Below the pieces are notes generated by a model. The model did not search any database. It was not told the DNA's origin and was given only the letters and a program-made list of their open reading frames with translations. This document shows, piece by piece, positions 48,059 through 56,871 of a DNA stretch of 64,000 nucleotides. The DNA comes from Vulcanimicrobiota bacterium (GTDB lineage: Bacteria; Vulcanimicrobiota; Xenobia; Xenobiales; JADMJV01), in NCBI GenBank assembly GCA_050250895.1, contig JBFWNU010000002.1:727659-791658 (forward strand). Reading direction: 5' to 3'. Made by a program: the position numbers and the translations under genes. Within the stretch, counting starts at the first letter, position 1. Each line of letters opens with the position of its first letter.

Positions 48059-48477
48059 ATACCGAGACCATCGCCGAACTGGCCCAGTTGATTCAGCAAG
48101 AACGGCTGCATCGACTAGAGATTGAACTCGACGGAACGCGAGTCAAGTTGCGTCGACGACTGCGCCAGGTGGCGCCTGCCCCCGCCCCCTTGCCGACCGC
48201 GGACCAGGACGAAGCCGACGAGGATGACCGCCAACTGTTGCCCGTAACCTCGGAAGTGGTGGGCTTGTTTCACCAGGCAGCCACCAATCTCGCTGAACCG
48301 TTGGTGCGCCAGGGCGATCAGATCCAAGCTGGTCAGGTGGTCGGGTTCGTGGAGTCGATGAACCTCAACCACGAAGTCCGCGCCACTCAGGGCGGCACGG
48401 TGGTCGAAGTCATCGCCAGTGAAGGCGAGCCGGTAGAATATGGCCAGGCACTGATGCTGCTGGCTCTGGAGGGTTAA
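48055..48477 (+). CDS. accB: Biotin carboxyl carrier protein homolog lacking the biotinylated Lys (ESMNL)
   Basis: BCCP architecture (N-terminal LEIE segment, linker, biotinyl domain ending EPVEYGQAL), coupled to accC. The motif reads ESMNL instead of EAMKM. TTG start inferred. Confidence 0.8.
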   Translation: MNTETIAELAQLIQQERLHRLEIELDGTRVKLRRRLRQVAPAPAPLPTADQDEADEDDRQLLPVTSEVVGLFHQAATNLAEPLVRQGDQIQAGQVVGFVESMNLNHEVRATQGGTVVEVIASEGEPVEYGQALMLLALEG

Positions 48478-49835
48478 TGTTTCGAAAAATTCTGGTAGCC
48501 AATCGGGGCGAGATCGCCCTGCGCGTCATCCGGGCCTGTCGTGAACTCGATATTCGCACGGTGGCCGTCCATTCCACCGTCGACCGCGAGTCCTTGCATG
48601 TGCAGGCCGCCGACGAGACTTTCTGTGTCGGCCCCGGACCGGTGACCCAATCGTATCTGAACATTCCCAACGTGATCTCGGCCGGGCTCATCGCCGGCGC
48701 CGACGCGGTCCATCCCGGCTACGGTTTTCTGGCTGAAAACCCCGACTTCGTAGACATCTGCCAGAGCCACGGCCTGCACTTTATCGGTCCCAGCCCCGAG
48801 GCTATGCGGCTGATGGGCGACAAGAGCCAGGCTCGCGCCACCGTCGAATCGGTGGGCGTGCCGACCCTGCCGGGCACCGGCGACATCGGCGATATGAGCG
48901 AAGCGGTCGCTTTCGGCGAAGAGCATGGCTACCCCATCATGATCAAGGCCGCCGCCGGCGGGGGCGGCAAAGGCATGCGGGTAGCTCAAGATGCCAGCCA
49001 GATGGAGCGTCTCTTCCAGACCGCCAAGATGGAGGCCGAGTCGGCCTTCGGCGACGGCCGCATCTATCTCGAGAAGTTTCTGGGTCGAGCTCGCCACATC
49101 GAGTTTCAGATCATGGCCGATAGCCATGGCAACGTCATTCACCTGGGCGAACGCGACTGCTCGGTGCAGCGGCGCAACCAGAAGCTGATCGAGGAATCTC
49201 CTTCCCTCATCCTGCCCGCCGACAAGCGTGAAGAGATGGGCTCGATGGCGGTGTTGGCAGCCCGGTCCTGCAACTACGTCGGGGCGGGCACGGTCGAGTT
49301 TCTCTATGACGCGGCCACGGGCAAGTTCTATTTTCTCGAGATGAACACTCGCATCCAGGTCGAGCACCCCGTGACCGAGATGGTCAGTGGCCAGGACCTG
49401 GTCAAGGAACAGATCCTGGTGGCCGCCGGTGCCAGGCTCAGTCTCAAGCAAGAAGAAGTGCGTCTCGAGGGTCACGCGGTCGAGTGTCGCATCAACGCCG
49501 AACGCCCCGAGGATGGCTTCGCGCCCAGCATGGGCACGGTGACCACCGTGCACTTTCCCGGTGGGCCGGGAGTGCGAGTCGACACCCACCTCTATCCGGG
49601 CTATCAGGTCCAGCCATTCTATGATTCACTGCTGGCCAAGGTGATCACCCACGGGCGCGACCGCACCGAGGCGCTGGCGCGGATGCAGCGCGTGCTCTCC
49701 GAGATGAAGATCGAGGGCATCAGCACCACCGCCTCGTTTCACCGGCGCATCATCGACAATCCCTTCTTCCGCCGGGGTGAGGTGCACACCACCTTCATCG
49801 AAAACGAGTTCAAACGGGAACTCGCGGAGGTTTAG
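48477..49835 (+). CDS. accC: Biotin carboxylase
   Basis: ILVANRGEIA, HPGYGFLAEN, GGGGKGMR, EMNTRIQVEH and YDSLLAK. Confidence 0.96.
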   Translation: MFRKILVANRGEIALRVIRACRELDIRTVAVHSTVDRESLHVQAADETFCVGPGPVTQSYLNIPNVISAGLIAGADAVHPGYGFLAENPDFVDICQSHGLHFIGPSPEAMRLMGDKSQARATVESVGVPTLPGTGDIGDMSEAVAFGEEHGYPIMIKAAAGGGGKGMRVAQDASQMERLFQTAKMEAESAFGDGRIYLEKFLGRARHIEFQIMADSHGNVIHLGERDCSVQRRNQKLIEESPSLILPADKREEMGSMAVLAARSCNYVGAGTVEFLYDAATGKFYFLEMNTRIQVEHPVTEMVSGQDLVKEQILVAAGARLSLKQEEVRLEGHAVECRINAERPEDGFAPSMGTVTTVHFPGGPGVRVDTHLYPGYQVQPFYDSLLAKVITHGRDRTEALARMQRVLSEMKIEGISTTASFHRRIIDNPFFRRGEVHTTFIENEFKRELAEV

Positions 49836-50288
49836 GTGCGACCACGCCGCCGGGCCCGGGTGCTGATTTTGCACGGGCTGTACCAGATGGATGTGGTCGA
49901 TACGCCGCTGGACGAGGTGGTGCGGACCATCCGTGAAGAGGCCGAGGATCAAGACTCGTTGAACTATGTAGAGGAGAAGTCCCGGCCGTCGGTTCTGGAT
50001 TTTTTCGAAGTCATGCTTCGGGGCATTTGGGAACAAAGGGCGAGCCTCGACCGACTACTGGAAGAGCGGGCCCACAACTGGTCCTGGGACCGGATCGCTC
50101 GCGTGGAACGCAACGTGTTGAGAATGGGAGCCTACGAGCTGCTGCACCGACCTGACATACCGGCCACGGTCTCGATCGACGAGGCCCTCGAGATTGCGCG
50201 TGATTATGGTGACGAACGCTCCGGGGCTTTCGTGAACGGTGTTCTCGACGCCATACACAAAACGGCGGCGGGCGAGGGACTTGAGTAA
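49836..50288 (+). CDS. nusB: Transcription antitermination factor NusB
   Basis: RRRAR...LYQ, ERNVLRMG.YE, IDEALE and FVNGVLD. Confidence 0.93.
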   Translation: MRPRRRARVLILHGLYQMDVVDTPLDEVVRTIREEAEDQDSLNYVEEKSRPSVLDFFEVMLRGIWEQRASLDRLLEERAHNWSWDRIARVERNVLRMGAYELLHRPDIPATVSIDEALEIARDYGDERSGAFVNGVLDAIHKTAAGEGLE

Positions 50289-52593
50289 ACAAGGCAAAAC
50301 CGCCAAGGTGCGCCGCGGCTGTTTCAAGTTCTTCCTGGTCTGTTTGTTGTTGACGGCGGGCCTTTGCCTGGCCGGAGCTACCGCCCTCGTGGCCGTGCTC
50401 AATCACTTTTCCAGAGGTCTGCCCGATGTCAGTCGCCTGCGCCAGTACGAGCCCTCCGAGACGACCCGCATCTACGCCGCCAACGGTGATCTGCTGGCTT
50501 CCCTCTATAAAGAGAATCGCACCTGGACCCCTTACGAAGACATCTCTCCCTATGTCATCAAGGCCATCGTGGCTGTCGAGGACTCGCGCTTTTATACCCA
50601 TCGCGGGGTAGACCCGGTCGGCGTGGCCCGTGCGGCCTACTATGACATTCGACACCAGGGCGCCCACCAGGGAGCCAGTACCATCACCATGCAGCTGGCT
50701 CGCAACCTCTTCTTGACGCCCACTCAGAGCATGGAGCGCAAGATTCGCGAGATGCTGCTGGCGCTCCAGATCGAGAAGAAGTTCACCAAAGACGAGATCC
50801 TCGAACTCTATCTCAACCAGATCTATTTTGGCTCGGGGGCCTACGGCATTCAGGCCGCTTCCAAGACCTACTTCAACAAGCCGTGCAAGGACCTGACCCC
50901 GGCCGAAGCAGCCCTGCTCGCCGGCCTGCCTCAGGCTCCCAGCGAATACAGCCCCTTCGTGTCCGAGCGCGACGCCAAGTTGCGTCAGATTCTGGTTCTC
51001 GGTCGCATGGTCGATGTGGGTTTTCTGGAGTGGAAAGAATACCGGGCCGCCCTGACCGAGACGCGCAACTTCGAATTCAAGCGCCACAAGAAGAAAGAGT
51101 TCCAGGTTCTCAAGCTGCCCTATTTCACCAGCTACGTGCTCAAGCAGCTTTATGAACGCTATGACGAGGACCTGCTCTATCGCGGCGGACTCAAGATCTA
51201 CACCACCGTCGAGCCGGACCTGCAGCTCAAGTCCGAGCAGATCGTGCACGATATGGTGGCCGCCGACTCCCGAGCGATCCATGTCGACAACGCGGCGATG
51301 GTGTGCATCGACAACAAGACGGGCTTCATTCGGGCTATGGTCGGCGGCACCAAGTGGACCGAGGAAAACCAGTTCAACCGCGCCTGGCAGGCCCGCCGCC
51401 AACCCGGCTCGTCGTTCAAGATCTTCGTCTACACCACCGCCATCGAGGCCGGCTATTCCCCCGACACCATCATTCCCGATACCGAGGTGACCTATCGGGT
51501 CAGCCCCACCGAGACCTGGACTCCGAAGAACTCCGACCACGCCTACCTCGGAGCGATCCCGATGTGGAAGGCCTTGATGCTGTCGCGCAACGTGGTGGCG
51601 GTCAAGCTGCTGACCATGGTCGGGGCCGACCGGGTCATCGAGTACGCCTACAAGATGGGCATCCGCGAGAAGCTGCACCCGCACTTGTCGCTGGCTCTGG
51701 GCGCGGTCGAGGTCAGCGTTCTCGAGATGGCTTCGGCCTACAGTGTGCTGCCCAACGGCGGCATTCGCGTGAAGCCGACCACCATCAAGAAGATTCTCGA
51801 CAGCAACGGCATGGTCGTCGAAGACCACACCTTCCCCAAGCAAGAAGAGGTGCTCAGCGAGACCACCGCCTCGCTGATGATCGAGATGATGAAGCGGGTG
51901 GTCGAGTCGGGCACCGGCACCAAGGCTCAGTTGCCTGGCCGGGAAGTGGCCGGCAAGACAGGCACCACCGACGACTTTAGAGACGCCTGGTTCGTGGGCT
52001 TTACGCCCGAATTCACCACCGCCGTCTGGGTGGGCAACGATGACAACTCGAAGATGTGGCACTCCTACGGCGGCGATCTGCCGGCCCGCATCTGGTCGCG
52101 CTGCATGATGACGGCTCTCAAAGGGATGCCCGCTACCCGCTTCGGCGATGTGGTCGAAGGCAAGAAGGGCATCCTGATGTGCAACGACAGCAAGCGGCGC
52201 GCCAACTCGCGCTGTCCGAACACCTACAAGGAATACTTCGCGCCCGGGCAAATCCCCGACTTCTGCCGCATGCACGGCCAGGACACGACCACCAACCAGC
52301 TGCCCGCGCCGCCCCCGAGTAACGTCGGTGAGGGCCTGCCCACCGAAGCCGGCACCCCTGACGACGCCATCCCCAGCGGCGAAGACCCGCTGGCCATTCC
52401 CCAGCCCAACGATCCGGATTGGCCCGGGCCGGGCCCCGACTCGCTGCCCAATCCGACCTGGGACTCCGACACGGACCCCCTGGGCCAGCCCGAGGAGCCG
52501 GTCACGCAGCCTACCGATCCTCTTGATAACCCGCCCATTCCTCAAGAGGTGCCCATGCCCGACTCTACCCCGGGAAAAGGCACCGAACTCTGA
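50281..52593 (+). CDS. Class A penicillin-binding protein (PBP1A family)
   Basis: EDSRFY.H.GVD, GASTITMQL, RKIRE, QPGSSFK (SxxK), SRN and GKTGT, with an acidic Pro-rich tail. TTG start inferred. Confidence 0.95.
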   Translation: MSKQGKTAKVRRGCFKFFLVCLLLTAGLCLAGATALVAVLNHFSRGLPDVSRLRQYEPSETTRIYAANGDLLASLYKENRTWTPYEDISPYVIKAIVAVEDSRFYTHRGVDPVGVARAAYYDIRHQGAHQGASTITMQLARNLFLTPTQSMERKIREMLLALQIEKKFTKDEILELYLNQIYFGSGAYGIQAASKTYFNKPCKDLTPAEAALLAGLPQAPSEYSPFVSERDAKLRQILVLGRMVDVGFLEWKEYRAALTETRNFEFKRHKKKEFQVLKLPYFTSYVLKQLYERYDEDLLYRGGLKIYTTVEPDLQLKSEQIVHDMVAADSRAIHVDNAAMVCIDNKTGFIRAMVGGTKWTEENQFNRAWQARRQPGSSFKIFVYTTAIEAGYSPDTIIPDTEVTYRVSPTETWTPKNSDHAYLGAIPMWKALMLSRNVVAVKLLTMVGADRVIEYAYKMGIREKLHPHLSLALGAVEVSVLEMASAYSVLPNGGIRVKPTTIKKILDSNGMVVEDHTFPKQEEVLSETTASLMIEMMKRVVESGTGTKAQLPGREVAGKTGTTDDFRDAWFVGFTPEFTTAVWVGNDDNSKMWHSYGGDLPARIWSRCMMTALKGMPATRFGDVVEGKKGILMCNDSKRRANSRCPNTYKEYFAPGQIPDFCRMHGQDTTTNQLPAPPPSNVGEGLPTEAGTPDDAIPSGEDPLAIPQPNDPDWPGPGPDSLPNPTWDSDTDPLGQPEEPVTQPTDPLDNPPIPQEVPMPDSTPGKGTEL

Positions 52594-53171
52594 CCGGCGC
52601 CGTCCTGGTGGGCGGCCAGGGCCGTCGCCTGGGCGGCCCGAAAGCCGAGGTGCTGCTGGCCGGCAAGGCCATGCTCGACCATGTGCTCGCGCCTTTGCGA
52701 ACCTGCTGCCAACGTGTCGTTCTGGTGGGGGACCACCAGCAGAGCGCAGCCTCCCGCGGCCTCGAGAGCTTGCCCGACCTGTATCCGGGTGAAGGGCCGG
52801 TCGGAGGCATCCTCACCGCCCTCGAGGCCACTGAGGCCGCCTGGCTGCTCTGTGTGGCCGTCGACCTACCCCTGTTGCGACCCGAACTGTTGGCTCTGCT
52901 GTGCGCGCGTATGGGCGAGACTCAAGCTGTGGTCCCCCGCTTAGCCGAGCCTGAACCGCTGGTCGCCCTCTATTGCCGCGGCGCCTTGCCGGCTATCCGC
53001 GCCGCTTTCGACCAGGGAGAGCGCTCGGCCCGTCGTATCTTGCAGCATCTCGAGGTGGAGTGGGTCGAGCGGTCCGAGTTGCTAGCCGTCGACCCCGAAC
53101 TGGTGAGTTTTCTCAACGTCAACCGGGCCGAGGATCTCGACCGGGCGCGCCAACTGCTGGAGGAACGATGA
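52590..53171 (+). CDS. mobA: Molybdenum cofactor guanylyltransferase
   Basis: TGAVLVGGQGRRLGGPKA, GPVGGI, AVDLP, EPLVALY and FLNVN. Probable CTG start at 52590. Confidence 0.88.
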   Translation: MTGAVLVGGQGRRLGGPKAEVLLAGKAMLDHVLAPLRTCCQRVVLVGDHQQSAASRGLESLPDLYPGEGPVGGILTALEATEAAWLLCVAVDLPLLRPELLALLCARMGETQAVVPRLAEPEPLVALYCRGALPAIRAAFDQGERSARRILQHLEVEWVERSELLAVDPELVSFLNVNRAEDLDRARQLLEER

Positions 53172-53575
53172 AACGGCTGCTACTGGTTTTGCTGCTGTGG
53201 GCGCCCGCCCTGGCCGACCCCAGCTATCTCGAGCAGGCCCAAGCCGTGCTGAGGCAGGCTCAAGAGGTGTCGCGCCAGTTGGCCGCCGACAATCCTGCCG
53301 ACATACGGGCCGCTCACGCGCGCCTGGCCCACCACTACGAGCGCTTCTATGAGACCTGTCAGGGGCTGCCCCGGCAGGCATCGCGGGCTCGGGTAGAAGA
53401 TGTCTACTCGCGCACTCGCAGCGCCGCCGCCAACTATCTCAAGTGCCGGGGCCTGGCCGGTGAAGAGGGCCGGCGTTGGCGGGCCGACTTCCGCCAGGAC
53501 TTGCTAGAACTCGACCGGCGCATTACCCGTGCGCGCCAGGCTCTAGAGCCTCAGAAGTTCTCGCAACAAGAGTAG
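53168..53575 (+). CDS. Small secreted helical hypothetical protein
   Basis: ATGA overlap with mobA, GGAGG SD, and signal peptide MKRLLLVLLLWAPALA. Confidence 0.7.
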   Translation: MKRLLLVLLLWAPALADPSYLEQAQAVLRQAQEVSRQLAADNPADIRAAHARLAHHYERFYETCQGLPRQASRARVEDVYSRTRSAAANYLKCRGLAGEEGRRWRADFRQDLLELDRRITRARQALEPQKFSQQE

Positions 53576-54294
53576 TCGAAGCGGGGATCCACGCCCCCAC
53601 AAAAAGCCGCCCCCCGGGCTCGCTGGCAATCGCGCTGGCAGTTCGACTCGCCATTGAACGGACTGGCGCCGTTGGCGCATATCCGGCAAAAAGCCGAGGT
53701 CCCGATACCGACCGCGTCGCAAAAATTTTGGTCTCCGGTGGGTGATGCAGGGTCCCCGGCGGTGGAGCCGGCGCCGCAGTTTCCTCCAGCGCAGCGTACG
53801 AAGGTGAGGCAAAAGCAGTTGCCCGTACAGCCGCCGCCGCCCGAACAGGGATCGGTGCAAAGGTTACCGGCGCAGGCCGCGTTGCAGCAAAAGTTGCATC
53901 CGCTGGGCGGGAAACCCGGCGTGGTGCAAGCAAGGGCGCATCCGGTCGCCCCCTCGTTGACGCACATCGAGGCGGCTGCCGCCGGCTTCGGTAGCCCGAG
54001 CGAGGCGATGGCCGCGGTGGCCGCCGCCGTCTTCAAAAAGGCGCGGCGAGAGTTGGGGGGCTGGAACGGTTCGACCAGCGCCTGGCCGCGTAGGCCTTCC
54101 AGGGCCCGTTCGAGGGTCTCTTCACCCACGGCCGCGGCAGCCGTGGGCCATTCGGTTTCACCATCGCACAGCTCGTAGACCCGGGCGGTGCTGGCGGGAA
54201 GACAGTGAACACGACTGGTGGCGGGATTGAAAACGAGTAGCTCGTCTTCGACCTGGCTGGTGACGAGATGTCCGAAACGCTTTGGTAATTTCAT
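53551..54294 (-). CDS. PqqD/RRE-domain protein fused to a Tat-like motif and Cys-rich C-terminus
   Basis: DELLVFN....VHCL..STARVYELCDG (PqqD fold), SRRAFLK...PAAAAS, then ~138 aa with 22 Cys. Confidence 0.8.
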   Translation of the reverse strand: MKLPKRFGHLVTSQVEDELLVFNPATSRVHCLPASTARVYELCDGETEWPTAAAAVGEETLERALEGLRGQALVEPFQPPNSRRAFLKTAAATAAIASLGLPKPAAAASMCVNEGATGCALACTTPGFPPSGCNFCCNAACAGNLCTDPCSGGGGCTGNCFCLTFVRCAGGNCGAGSTAGDPASPTGDQNFCDAVGIGTSAFCRICANGASPFNGESNCQRDCQRARGAAFCGGVDPRFDYSCCENF

Positions 54295-54348
54295 TTAACC
54301 CCCACTTTCTTGCCGAGCGAGGTTCGTCGGGGCAGCGGGGTCTGCCTT

Positions 54349-54966
54349 CTAGCGTTTAGGGGTCGGAGGTAGAAGCTGGTCGGCGGTTCTCACTTTGCGA
54401 ACCTCGGCTAACACTTTCAGGGCACCCACCTTGTCCTCGAGGGCGAGCAGGGCTTTGATGCCCACGCCATAGACCGGGTCGGCGGTGTCGCGCACATTCT
54501 CGGCCAACTGGTAGGCCCCGAGATGGTCATAATAGCGCTGCTCGATCCACATGGCCAGGCCTTCGATCAAGGCCTGGTCCTGGTGGTTTAGGCCGTTCTC
54601 GGTTTGCCAGGCGTGGGTGAGCTCGTGAGCGGTCACCCCCTGGCACACATCGCGCGACCACCCCTCCATCACCCATACCTGATGGCGGCCGTTCTCGATG
54701 CCCGTGTAAAGCCCGATCTCGGCCCCCTTATAGGGGCTGCTGGCGAACTTGGCATCCATCACCTTGGGGTCGACCAGATGCAGGTCGACCGGCTTGGTCA
54801 AACGCATGCCAAACAGCTTGTTGAGGTCGGCCAGCACCTCTTTACCCACCTCGTCGGCCTGGGCCTGGGTCTTGATCTTCTCGTAGGGATCTCGCTTCTT
54901 ACCCCCGATTTGGGCGGGAGAGGGAAGGGTCAGCAGGAGCATCAGCAACAGGCAGACTCTGGACAT
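54349..54966 (-). CDS. Secreted zincin metallopeptidase (DA1-like HExxH...EG)
   Basis: Signal peptide MSRVCLLLMLLLTLPSPA, AHELTHAW...IEGLAMW and DPVYGVG. Confidence 0.75.
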   Translation of the reverse strand: MSRVCLLLMLLLTLPSPAQIGGKKRDPYEKIKTQAQADEVGKEVLADLNKLFGMRLTKPVDLHLVDPKVMDAKFASSPYKGAEIGLYTGIENGRHQVWVMEGWSRDVCQGVTAHELTHAWQTENGLNHQDQALIEGLAMWIEQRYYDHLGAYQLAENVRDTADPVYGVGIKALLALEDKVGALKVLAEVRKVRTADQLLPPTPKR

Positions 54967-55014
54967 GCTCGACAATTTCTCGTGGCGGCCGGGATGTCCC
55001 TTCGGCCCAGCGTC

Positions 55015-55400
55015 TCAGACGGTATCGGGGTCGACCCCCAGTTCGCGCAGGCGGGCTTCCAGGGCTTGGCGACACTGGACCTCGCTTTCACTCGCCGGGC
55101 TTGCTGTTCGACCCGCTCGGCTAGCTCGTGGGCTATGGCCAGCATTTCTCCCGCCGGATCGACCCAGCGCAGCCACTGCGCTTCGAGGCCATCGAATTGG
55201 CCATCCCAGAGGGTCAGGCCGAGGCCGATTTCAGGGAAGTTCCGGTCCACCTTCTCGACATAATTGAGCCCGGTGAGTTCGAAGACACGTAAGGGGCGCC
55301 GGCTCAAGAACCCGGCCGGGTCGAAGATGACGTAGTAGGGCACCTTGACCCTGGCATAGCGCTCCAGCTGCTCTCCCTCCGACCAGGACATCAGCAACAA
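55015..55400 (-). pseudogene. Uma2-family endonuclease C-terminal remnant, frameshifted
   Basis: YARVKVPYYVIFDP...GLGLTLWDG...WLRW. The typical tail LEARLRELGVDPDTV* is in another frame and the N-terminus is missing. Confidence 0.75.
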
Positions 55401-55518
55401 CGGCCCAACGGCTCCGAGCAGTGGCAGCGAGCCCGCCTGGCCACCGCCCCGACGACCGCTCCACCGGTGTTGGGAACAATCGTCAGACGGGCCCGGTCGC
55501 GCAACGTCCGCTTCTCGT

Positions 55519-55574
55519 CTACCGTCTACCGTCTACCGGCTACCGTCTGACCACTACCGTCTAACGTCTACCGT
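55519..55574. repeat. Heptamer tandem repeat (CTACCGT)x8
   Basis: Units read ctaccgt ctaccgt ctaccgg ctaccgt ctgacca ctaccgt ctaacgt ctaccgt. Confidence 0.9.
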
Positions 55575-56029
55575 CCGATCTCCGCCCCCAGCACCCGGAT
55601 GTTGTCCACATAGACTCCGCCGCCGGTCTGCGAGTTCGAGGTGTGAAAGCGAAGGCGCAGCTTGACATCGGGCTGGCCGTCGAAGGCCGACATGTCGACG
55701 GTGGCCATGCGGGCGTCGAAGGTGAGTGTGGTGCTGCGTTTCTTGCTGAGATCCAGGCTGGGGCTGACCATGGTGTAATCGTGGCTGTTCTCATAGTCGG
55801 CGTTGGGGGCGTCGGTCCAGACCATGCCCCGACCCTCTTCGGCCACCCGACCCCAGCTATCGGTCGGCCAGGCTACCTGGCCTTCGGCGTCGTCAAAAAG
55901 GGCGGTGGTGCCGGCCGGCAGGGTCTTTTCGAAGGTGACCGTGTCCGACTTGTTGCCCACTTTGTCGATGGCCCGCATGGTCACCTCGAGGCTGCGGGCC
56001 TCGGGGGTGGGGGTGAGGCGGAAGGTGAA
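55558..56029 (-). pseudogene. Diverged duplicate of the 3' end of the S8 protease gene with a 108-nt in-frame deletion
   Basis: Aligns to 56862-57441 and lacks the segment equivalent to 57003-57110. Confidence 0.9.
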
Positions 56030-56095
56030 AACAGGAATCACCCACGAGAGAAAAGTGCATAGGTGGCCCGGGGAATCGGGTCGAAGTCCGCCCTT

Positions 56096-56485
56096 ATGCG
56101 CGAGCAAACCCAATGGTGGCTCCAAACTGCACGGACCGATCAGGATGTTGCCCACACCCTGATTCGAGAAGGTCACTATGCCGCTGCAGCCTTCCACTGC
56201 CAACAAGCTGCTGAGAAAGCGTTGAAAGCTCTATTTGTCGAGTTAGGACATAACGAACGAACCCACTCGAGTCTCGAACTGCTGAGCCGATTGCGTCAGG
56301 ACGGAGTTGCCGTGGACGACGAGTTGTTTCACCGGGCGCGAAAACTGGATCGAAGCTACATCGATTCACGCTATCCCAACGGCATAGGTGGTCCACCTTC
56401 CGATTTTTATGACCAAAGAACCGCTGAGGAGCTCCTAGAATGGTCCCAGTCCGTGATGGACTTCGCCCAGTCGAAGCTCAGCTGA
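56096..56485 (+). CDS. HEPN domain protein
   Basis: AAFHCQQAAEKALKA, RTHS and YIDSRYPN. Confidence 0.9.
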   Translation: MREQTQWWLQTARTDQDVAHTLIREGHYAAAAFHCQQAAEKALKALFVELGHNERTHSSLELLSRLRQDGVAVDDELFHRARKLDRSYIDSRYPNGIGGPPSDFYDQRTAEELLEWSQSVMDFAQSKLS

Positions 56486-56868
56486 AACGCTACCTTTCTA
56501 AGGTGGCCGAGCGCATCCCATTCTCCTCGGCAGTATTGTTCGGGTCCCGCGCTCGAAACGACCATTGGGAGTCGAGTGACATCGACCTTCTGGTGGTCTC
56601 ACCCGCCTTCGCTCCGATGACGCGCGGCACGCGAATCGACTTGCTTCTGCTCGATTGGGAGGGAATTCCATCTCTCGAGCCGTTCGGCTTTACTCCCGAA
56701 GAGGTCTGCGACCCTCAGGGGTTGCTCTTGTGGGACGCGCTCGACCATGGCCGGGTGCTGGTCGATGATGGCACCTGGCGAAAGGCCCGAAGGCAATTCC
56801 ATGAGCTAATCCAGAGCGGAGCGCTGATTGCGACATCCGGCGGCTGGCTCGAGCGGCTTGACGTCTAA
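56440..56868 (+). CDS. Minimal nucleotidyltransferase (MNT), partner of HEPN
   Basis: LFGSRARNDHWESSDIDLLVVS (GS..DxD) and FTPEE. Overlaps the HEPN gene. Confidence 0.9.
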   Translation: MVPVRDGLRPVEAQLKRYLSKVAERIPFSSAVLFGSRARNDHWESSDIDLLVVSPAFAPMTRGTRIDLLLLDWEGIPSLEPFGFTPEEVCDPQGLLLWDALDHGRVLVDDGTWRKARRQFHELIQSGALIATSGGWLERLDV

Positions 56869-56871
56869 CGA

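Noticed and set aside
52170-52280. Cys/His cluster at the PBP1A C-terminus as a novel metal site
   Set aside because: A C...CP...E.F..G..P...C..H tail is common in class A PBPs of Terrabacteria.
50011-52545. 844-aa antisense ORF (and similar long shadows, e.g. 56947-58647, 30527-32038, 12819-14012)
   Set aside because: These are reverse-frame shadows of well-supported high-GC genes with no recognisable motifs.
37805-55400. Programmed frameshifting in the HAD, HNH and Uma2 genes
   Set aside because: No slippery heptamers were seen at the shifts, and the genes carry multiple lesions or truncations, which fits decay. Read-level error cannot be excluded, but core genes are intact.
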